Of a stretch of DNA of 36,121 nt, positions 30,131 to 36,121 are shown piece after piece. The translations under genes were made by a program, and so were the position numbers. The notes beneath the pieces were generated by a model. That model was not told the origin of the DNA. It was given only the letters and a program-made list of their open reading frames with translations, and did not search any database. This stretch comes from Gemmatimonadota bacterium (GTDB taxonomy: Bacteria; Gemmatimonadota; Gemmatimonadetes; Gemmatimonadales; GWC2-71-9): positions 1 through 36,121 of the forward strand of contig QHUF01000239.1 in NCBI GenBank assembly GCA_003221075.1, written 5' to 3'. Within the stretch, counting starts at the first letter, position 1. Each line of letters begins with the position of its first letter.

Positions 30131-31368
30131 AGCTCGAAGTCGTCACGATCGGCACCGAGCTGCTGCTGGGCCAGATACTCGATACGAATGCCGCTGAGCT
30201 CGGCCGCGGGCTGGCGGCTGCCGGGGTCGAAGTCGTGCGCCACAGCTCCGTCGCCGATCGTCCCGACGCCATTCGGGCCGCGGTGGCTGAAGCGCTCGAG
30301 CGCACGGGGTTCGTGATCACGACCGGCGGCCTTGGGCCGACGCGCGACGACATCACAAAGCGCGAGGTCGCAGCGCTGTTCGGGAAAGCGTTGGAGCTGG
30401 ACGCGGCCGTGTTGCAATCGCTCGAGGAACGATTCCGCCGCCTCGGCCGTCCCATGCCGGCCGTGAATCGCACGCAGGCGGAAGTGCCGGCAGGCGCCAC
30501 CGTGCTGCCGAACCCGCGCGGCACGGCACCTGGCCTGTGGGTCGAGGACCGCGGGCGCGTGGTCGTCATGCTGCCCGGCGTGCCGTCGGAGATGCGCGGC
30601 CTGCTCGCCGAGGAGGTGCTTCCGCGGCTTGCGGCCCGGACTGCGGGCGTCGTCGTACGCTCGCGCAGCGTGCGGACGACGGGCATTGCGGAATCCGCGC
30701 TCGCCGAGCGCGTCGGCGCGATTGAAGAAGAAATCGCGCCGCTCACGCTGGCATATCTGCCGTCCACCGACGGCGTGGAACTGCGTGTAACCGCGTGGTC
30801 ACTGCGTGAGGATGACGCGGAACGACGGCTTGCGGCGGCCGTCGCGCAATTGCGCGAGCGAGCCGGCGAGCACTGCTATGGCGAAGATCGAACCGACCTC
30901 GCGGCCGTCGTGCTGGATCAGTTACGCGCGCGCGGGTCTCGGCTCGTGGTCGCTGAATCGTGTACCGGCGGTGTGCTGAGCGCGCGGATCACCGCCATTC
31001 CGGGAGCCTCCAATGTTTTCATCGGAGGCGTCGTCGCGTACGACAACATGGTGAAGAGTGGTACGCTCGATGTTCGCCCTGAGCTGCTCGATCAGTACGG
31101 AGCGGTGTCCGAACAGGTCGTGAGCGCCATGGCGGAAGGCGTGCAGCGGCAGTTCGCGGTAGACGCCGCCCTCGCGATAACCGGTATCGCGGGCCCATCC
31201 GGCGGGACCGCGGAGAAACCAGTGGGGACCGTGTGGCTGGCCGCCCGGCACGGAGCCGAACGCCGGGCGTTGAAGCGCGTCTTCCCGGGCGATCGGAACG
31301 AGATCCGCGCACGCTCGGCGCAAGCAGCGCTCGACCTGTTGCGGCGGCTGCTCGCGGACAAACCGTGA
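30127..31368 (+). CDS. cinA: CinA-family protein (MoCF-type N-domain + PncC-like nicotinamide-nucleotide amidase C-domain)
   Basis: The GTG start overlaps the pgsA stop (GTGA). Seen: KLEVVTIGTELLLGQILDTNAAELG, ITTGGLGPTRDDITKR, and C-terminal AESCTGGVLSARIT..PGAS..F.GGVVAYDN..K, GIAGPSGGT. Confidence 0.85.
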   Translation: MKLEVVTIGTELLLGQILDTNAAELGRGLAAAGVEVVRHSSVADRPDAIRAAVAEALERTGFVITTGGLGPTRDDITKREVAALFGKALELDAAVLQSLEERFRRLGRPMPAVNRTQAEVPAGATVLPNPRGTAPGLWVEDRGRVVVMLPGVPSEMRGLLAEEVLPRLAARTAGVVVRSRSVRTTGIAESALAERVGAIEEEIAPLTLAYLPSTDGVELRVTAWSLREDDAERRLAAAVAQLRERAGEHCYGEDRTDLAAVVLDQLRARGSRLVVAESCTGGVLSARITAIPGASNVFIGGVVAYDNMVKSGTLDVRPELLDQYGAVSEQVVSAMAEGVQRQFAVDAALAITGIAGPSGGTAEKPVGTVWLAARHGAERRALKRVFPGDRNEIRARSAQAALDLLRRLLADKP

Positions 31369-32117
31369 ATCACGTCAACGCACCCGACGGGACGCCGCTC
31401 GTCTATGATGCGTACGAGCCCGCTCGCGCCAGCGTTGCCGTGTTGTTCCTGCACGATTGGCATCCGGAGCCCGCGGGCCTCGCCGAACGGTTTGCCGAAA
31501 CGGGAGCGCAGCTTCGGGACGCGGGATTTGCCGCGTACTTCTTGGACCAACGCGGGCACGGACGGTCCGGCGGTCGCCGGGGGCACCTGTCCCGCTTCAG
31601 CCAGCTGTTGGGTGACCTGCAAGCGCTGCGTCGCGCAGTGCGTCACCGCCAGGATGTGCCGCAGGTCCTGGTCGGTCATGGGTTCGGTGGACTCGTCGTC
31701 TTACGGTACCTCGAAACGCAGCCGGGGGAACCCCCCGCCGCGGCGGTGATGGCGAATCCCTGGCTCGCCTCGCGCGCGCGCCCCGCCGTCTGGAAGCGCC
31801 TCGCCGCGAAACTTGCGGATCTCTGGCCCACACTCCCCACAGGTCGCGGCGCCGAATTCATGACGGCGGGGGCGCGCGCCGAGCTGCAGTGGGCGCAACG
31901 CGCGGTCCTCGCGGACTACCAGCGCATCGAACGACCGATGCTGTTCCTACTCGGCGGAGCTGATACCGTGACAGATGTCGAGACGGCACGCCGCTTGGCA
32001 GAGGGACTGGCGTCCTATGCGACGGTTCAATGGTACCCGGAGCTGTCGCACGATCTGCTTTCGGTGCCTCAGGTGCGAGAAGCGCTCACGCGTTTCATCG
32101 GAGCGTATCGTGCTTAG
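31365..32117 (+). CDS. Alpha/beta-hydrolase-fold protein (lysophospholipase / monoacylglycerol-lipase-like) lacking the nucleophile serine
   Basis: The GTG start overlaps the cinA stop (GTGA). Seen: DQRGHGRSGG, the nucleophile-elbow position reading VLVGHGFGGLVV (G-H-G-F-G instead of G-H-S-x-G), a candidate acid GGADTVTD, and a candidate His in PELSHDL. Confidence 0.7.
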   Translation: MNHVNAPDGTPLVYDAYEPARASVAVLFLHDWHPEPAGLAERFAETGAQLRDAGFAAYFLDQRGHGRSGGRRGHLSRFSQLLGDLQALRRAVRHRQDVPQVLVGHGFGGLVVLRYLETQPGEPPAAAVMANPWLASRARPAVWKRLAAKLADLWPTLPTGRGAEFMTAGARAELQWAQRAVLADYQRIERPMLFLLGGADTVTDVETARRLAEGLASYATVQWYPELSHDLLSVPQVREALTRFIGAYRA

Positions 32118-32178
32118 GAGAGCTACCCATCGCAGAGGCCCCGCGGTATCTTGTTGTCGGACCGACGGTTCCAAACTC

Positions 32179-32784
32179 ATGAATAACAAACGCCACGCCC
32201 ACTCGCCGCAGTCTTCGCCCACGCCGCCCCGCGCTCCATCGCTTGATCCCGATACGGGCGAGCCGGGGCCCGCGCCTGCGTCGGCGGAGAACTCTGGGGG
32301 ACCTGTTGCGTCTGCTGCGTCTGCTGCGTCTCAGGGATCTGTGTCAGAGCTGGATGTGTGGAAAGATCGCCATCTGCGACTCGCGGCGGAGTACGACAAT
32401 TTCCGCAAGCGCACGACCAAGGAGCGCGTCGAGACGTGGGGACGCGCGCAAGCGGAGCTCGTCTCGCGTCTCGCGGACGCGTTGGACGATTTGTCGCGCT
32501 TTGCGCACATCGACCCGGCGGAAATCGACGCGAAGACGCTGCATGACGGTGTGGATCTCGTCGAGCGGAAAGTTTGGAAGGAGCTCGAGAGCGCCGGCGT
32601 CACGCGGATCGATCAGGCGGGAGTGCCGTTCGATCCGAACGTGCACGAGGCGGTTACGACGCAGCCCGCAGCGAAACCGGAGCAGGATCACACCGTAGGC
32701 CAGGTGGTGCAACCAGGCTATAAGATGCGCGACACCTTGCTGCGGCCGGCCCGCGTTGTGGTGCTGACCTGGCAGGGACAGTAA
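32179..32784 (+). CDS. grpE: Nucleotide exchange factor GrpE
   Basis: The start is at ATG 32179 (MNNKRH). Seen: RLAAEYDNFRKRTTKE, FDPNVHEAV, and VVQPGYKMRDTLLRPARVVV. The N-terminus is low-complexity. Confidence 0.88.
   Translation: MNNKRHAHSPQSSPTPPRAPSLDPDTGEPGPAPASAENSGGPVASAASAASQGSVSELDVWKDRHLRLAAEYDNFRKRTTKERVETWGRAQAELVSRLADALDDLSRFAHIDPAEIDAKTLHDGVDLVERKVWKELESAGVTRIDQAGVPFDPNVHEAVTTQPAAKPEQDHTVGQVVQPGYKMRDTLLRPARVVVLTWQGQ
32305..32331 (+). repeat. In-frame 9-bp tandem repeat (GYTGCGTCT x3) within the grpE N-terminal tail
   Basis: GTTGCGTCT GCTGCGTCT GCTGCGTCT was read directly. It encodes VAS-AAS-AAS. Confidence 0.9.
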
Positions 32785-33890
32785 TGGCAGCACAGCGCGA
32801 CTACTATCAGGTGTTGGGAGTCGCCGAAACCGCCACGACGGACGAGATCAAGAAAGCCTTCCGGCGGCTGGCCAAGCAGCACCATCCTGATCGCAATCCC
32901 AACAATCCGCAGGCGGCCGAGCGCTTCAAGGAAATCAATGAAGCGCACGACGTCCTGAGCGACGCCGAAAAGCGGAAGAAATACGATCAGCTGCGCCGCT
33001 ACGGTGCATTTGCCGGCCCCGGCGGCTTTGGCGGCGGCGCCGGGGGGGGGCCCAGCACACGGCGCGGCCGCGGCGCCCCTCCTGACAGCGACTTCGACAT
33101 CTCCGACCTCGGCGGTCTGGGCGACATCTTCTCATCCATCTTCGGGCGGCGGGGTGGGGCGGGGGCGGGGGCGGGGCGCGAAGCCGAGCCTGAGGAAGTC
33201 GAGACCGAGGTCACGATTCCGTTCCGCGTCGCCGCGTTGGGCGGGACGGTGCCGATTACGCTCGTCATGTCGGAGGTCTGCCCGACGTGCGGCGGGTCTG
33301 GGGCCGCGAAGGGCGCGACGGTCAACACGTGCCCGGAATGCAAGGGGCGGGGGACGGTCTCCTTCGGGCAGGGCGGCTTCGCCGTCACTCGACCCTGCCC
33401 GGTTTGCCGTGGTAAAGGTACGGTTCCGTCGCAGCGCTGTCCCACCTGCCAGGGCGCCGGAGAAGTGCGGGTCGAAAAGCGCATCAACGTCGAGATCCCG
33501 CCGGGTGTCGAAGAAGGCGCGCGCCTGCGCCTCAAGAATCAGGGACCCAAGGGGCGCGGCGATCTCATCGTACAGGTCCACATCGCGGTGGATCGGTTCT
33601 TCCGGCGCGAAGGGCTGGATCTCATCGGCGTCGTGCCGATCAATCTCGCGCAGGCACTCCTCGGCTCGCGGATCAAGGTCAAGACGCTCGACGACAAGCG
33701 GGTCGTGCTCCGCATCCCCGCGGGGACGCAGCACGGTCAGAAGTTCCGCGTGCCAGGGCACGGAATCGAAAAGAACGGACGGCGCGGGGACATGTACGTG
33801 GAGGCGCACGTGACGCTCCCCGAGAAACTCAGTGCGGAGGAGCAGGAAGCGGTGAAGAGTTTTGCGGAGAAAGCAGGGCTGAAGTACTGA
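32784..33890 (+). CDS. dnaJ: Molecular chaperone DnaJ (type I)
   Basis: The J domain is DYYQVLGV..KKAFRRLAKQHHPDRN, followed by a G/F-rich region and four CxxCxGxG zinc motifs (CPTCGGSG, CPECKGRG, CPVCRGKG, CPTCQGAG). The start shares a base with the grpE stop (TAATG). Confidence 0.92.
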   Translation: MAAQRDYYQVLGVAETATTDEIKKAFRRLAKQHHPDRNPNNPQAAERFKEINEAHDVLSDAEKRKKYDQLRRYGAFAGPGGFGGGAGGGPSTRRGRGAPPDSDFDISDLGGLGDIFSSIFGRRGGAGAGAGREAEPEEVETEVTIPFRVAALGGTVPITLVMSEVCPTCGGSGAAKGATVNTCPECKGRGTVSFGQGGFAVTRPCPVCRGKGTVPSQRCPTCQGAGEVRVEKRINVEIPPGVEEGARLRLKNQGPKGRGDLIVQVHIAVDRFFRREGLDLIGVVPINLAQALLGSRIKVKTLDDKRVVLRIPAGTQHGQKFRVPGHGIEKNGRRGDMYVEAHVTLPEKLSAEEQEAVKSFAEKAGLKY

Positions 33891-33965
33891 TTCTGTGGCG
33901 GCCGTACATCGTGGCACGGCTGCACCGCCACGATCCCGGCACAACGATTGCGGCGCCGCAGGGTC

Positions 33966-35598
33966 ATGAAAACTTCCCACATCATCGGAGCGCTTCTCGT
34001 CCTCGCGTCGGCCGCCGGTTGTGAACGCGAGGCCCCCACTGCTCCCCGCATGGCGGCCAATACTGCAACCGGAAACGTGGACGGCCGAATCGCGTTCTCC
34101 AGCGATCGCAACTACGCGGATGGCGGCGGCCGCGAGATCTACTCGATGAACGTGGACGGCACTGATGTCGTCCGCCTGACCAACAACCCCGCTGTGGATT
34201 GGTTCCCCGCCTGGTCGCCCGATGGGACGCAGATCGCGTTCGAGAGTGATCGCGCGGGACGCCCCGGCATTTACCGCATGAACGCGGATGGAACGGATGT
34301 CGTCCAGCTCACGGATGACGGCCGCAAACCCGCCTGGTGCGGTGATCAAATTGCCTTCACGCGATCGGTCGGCGGTCTAGGGTCCCGGCGGTGACATCTA
34401 CACCATGAATGCCGACGGCAGCGGTGTATTCCGCGTAACCAGCGGACTCAATAACGGGGCCAATCAAGTTCCATCCTGGTCACCCACGGGCGGGCAGATC
34501 GCGTTTACGAGTTATCGCGATGCGAATGGCGAGATCTACGTCATCAACGTCGACGGAACGGGCGAGCAGCGTTTGACGAACGACGGTGAGGGAGGCTGGG
34601 CAATCCCGAACGACGAGCGGCCGTCCTGGTCGCACGATGGGATGCAGATCGCGTTCCAGACCGACCGCGATCAAAACTACGAGATTTACATCATGAACGC
34701 CGACGGAACAGGCGCGACGCGGCTCACGAACGACAGTCTTCGTGATGTGGATCCCGCGTGGTCTAGTTCTGCTTCGCCGCCCCCGCCGCCCCCGCCGCCC
34801 GGAGGGACAATCGCCTTCGCAAGCACGCGTGATGGCGGGATCAACTACCACATCTACACCATGAACGCGGACGGGACGGGAGTCACCGAGCTCTCTAATC
34901 TCGCTAACGCTGCCGACTACGAGCCCGCCTGGTCGCCCGACGGCAACCAGATCGCGTTCACGAGCAACCGTGACGGCGCGTACAGTGACATCTTCGTCAT
35001 GAACGCTGACGGAACTGGCGTCACCCGTCTGACGAGCAACGGCCCCTCGTTGAGTCGCAAGCCCACGTGGTGCGGTGACCGGATCGCCTTTTACAGCAAT
35101 CGCGACGGCAACTACGAGATCTATGTGATGAACGCGGATGGTACCGGCGTCACGCGGCTCACGTTCACACAGGGCACGGATGCAAGCCCCGCGTGGTCGC
35201 CGGATTGCGCGCAGATTGCGTTTGTGAGCACCCGCGACCGCAAATGGCAGGTCTACGTCATGAACGCCGATGGGACAGCGCAGACCCGCCTGAGCGACAG
35301 CACGGCTAACGAGAGTGACCCCGCCTGGTCGCCTGACGGCAACCGGATCGCGTTCAAAAGCGATCGCGGCGGCTATACCGACATCTACGTCATGCACGCG
35401 GACGGCACGGACATAACGCGCCTCACCAACACCGCAACGGGCGCGCGGGAGCCTGCGTGGTCTCCGGACGGCAGTCGGATCGCGTTCACGAGTCTCGGCG
35501 GTAACTACGATATCTATGTCATGAACGCCGACGGGACCGGCGTGACCCGCGTGACCGACGATCCGAGGTTGGACGTGGGCGCTGCCTGGCGGAGGTAA
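33966..35598 (+). pseudogene. PD40/TolB-like multi-bladed beta-propeller lipoprotein, reading frame interrupted near 34380
   Basis: Fragment A (33966-34394) starts with a lipoprotein signal, MKTSHIIGALLVLASAAGC, and carries PD40 units. Fragment B (ORF 34405-35598; its frame is open from 34381) continues the same unit periodicity (WSPDG.QIAF.S.R.G..DIYVMNADGTGVTRLT, more than 9 units). Skipping one base at the GGG run 34380-34382 joins ...IAFTRSVGGL to GPGGDIYTMNADGSG in register. Confidence 0.65.
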
Positions 35599-35605
35599 TC
35601 GGCGG

Positions 35606-36076
35606 TTAGTCGCTGACGGAGACTTCGTCGAGCCTTGCAATACTGAGCGAGGCGTGCATGGCGAGGGCGCTCGCCGGGCACGCCCCGCGCAGCTCCTCGG
35701 ACTGTGCCAGCGCTGGATCGAGCTCACTTCGCGGAATCGCGGTAAAGCCGAACCGCGGAAAGAAATGACTGGCGGTCGTCGTGAGCAGATAGATGTTCCG
35801 AACCCCGCGCCTGCGAGCGAGCTCGAGCGCCGCTGTGGTCAGCCGTTCGCCCAACCCTTCGCCGCGGTGCTCGACCTCGACCGCCACGGACCGCAGTAAT
35901 CCGGCCTGGCCGTACACCTCCACCGCCGCGCATCCCAGAAGTTGTTGAGCGTCTCGCGCCACGAGAGCCGTCTCGACGTGGCGCTCGATTCCCGCAACAG
36001 GCAGCGCCGCCGCCTTGAGCAGCGACACGATGTCGGGCAGATCACTCGGTGTCGCAGTGACGATGTTCATTGACAC
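35606..36076 (-). CDS. GNAT-family N-acetyltransferase (ArsN2 / amino-acid N-acetyltransferase-like)
   Basis: The acetyl-CoA motif is VAVEVEHRGEGLGERLTTAALELARRRG. The C-terminal part is IYLLTTTASHFFPRFGF..IPRSEL. It is convergent with the propeller gene, 7 nt apart. Confidence 0.75.
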   Translation of the reverse strand: MSMNIVTATPSDLPDIVSLLKAAALPVAGIERHVETALVARDAQQLLGCAAVEVYGQAGLLRSVAVEVEHRGEGLGERLTTAALELARRRGVRNIYLLTTTASHFFPRFGFTAIPRSELDPALAQSEELRGACPASALAMHASLSIARLDEVSVSD

Positions 36077-36121
36077 GCCTAATCTATCGTGTTTTGTTTG
36101 GCTTTCCTGGTCGTGCGCTGA

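Noticed and set aside
32118-32178. CIRCE (HrcA) operator or sigma32 promoter upstream of grpE.
   Set aside because: No TTAGCACTC-N9-GAGTGCTAA-like inverted repeat is present, and there is no convincing CTTGAA/CCCCAT pair in the 61-nt spacer.
1-36121. Mobile elements, prophage, defence islands, toxin-antitoxin pairs, retrons or DGRs.
   Set aside because: No integrase, transposase, reverse transcriptase, nuclease/helicase defence signatures or phage structural genes appear in any frame. Apart from the short AT-rich core at 16285-16320, no compositional island is evident by eye.

Overview
High-GC bacterial chromosomal segment (roughly two-thirds G+C by eye). It is gene-dense and mostly housekeeping, with no transposase, integrase, CRISPR array, tRNA or rRNA visible. 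All calls rest on reading the translated ORFs and the DNA; no searches were run. The taxon cannot be fixed; the abundance of PD40, PEGA, FHA and Ser/Thr-kinase proteins fits Gemmatimonadota- or Acidobacteriota-like lineages, but that is a guess.

Layout:
(1) 54-4860, minus strand: a translationally coupled phospho-signalling operon. Order is Zn-ribbon/2xFHA protein, Zn-ribbon Ser/Thr kinase, PP2C phosphatase, then an FHA-TM-coiled-coil-trypsin-like protease fusion.
(2) 4906-11506, plus strand, envelope genes: an Amidase_3 lipoprotein; a 930-aa HExxH peptidase + PD40 propeller + Omp85-like barrel chimera; and a second Zn-ribbon Ser/Thr kinase carrying PEGA and TonB-C-like domains.
(3) 11470-22743: gamma-CA-like protein, nrdJ, two paralogous small Zn-ribbon proteins flanking a minus-strand MOSC-like gene, MarR, pyk, MBL hydrolase, class II FBA, YtxH, YihY, ltaE.
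(4) 22740-25501: a membrane-anchored JAMM/MPN protein with extreme poly-proline tracts, and an Ig-like secreted protein.
(5) 25558-32117: putative SRP RNA, then dnaX-ybaB-recR, mglB-mglA, pgsA, cinA, and an alpha/beta hydrolase lacking its nucleophile serine.
(6) 32179-36076: grpE-dnaJ, a frame-interrupted PD40 propeller lipoprotein, and a convergent GNAT.

Structure not explained by genes: four long intergenic inverted repeats. Three of them have arms built from short tandem repeats: heptamers CGGAAC(N) and GCGGATT, and a 14-mer GCCATCTGCCGTCA. One brackets the SRP RNA and one brackets the MarR promoter.

Best candidates for something undescribed:
- the FHA-gated protease cassette
- the paralogous Zn-ribbon pair with their hairpin elements
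- the tandem-repeat-armed hairpin family
- the peptidase-propeller-barrel chimera

None is demonstrated; each needs database and structure checks.
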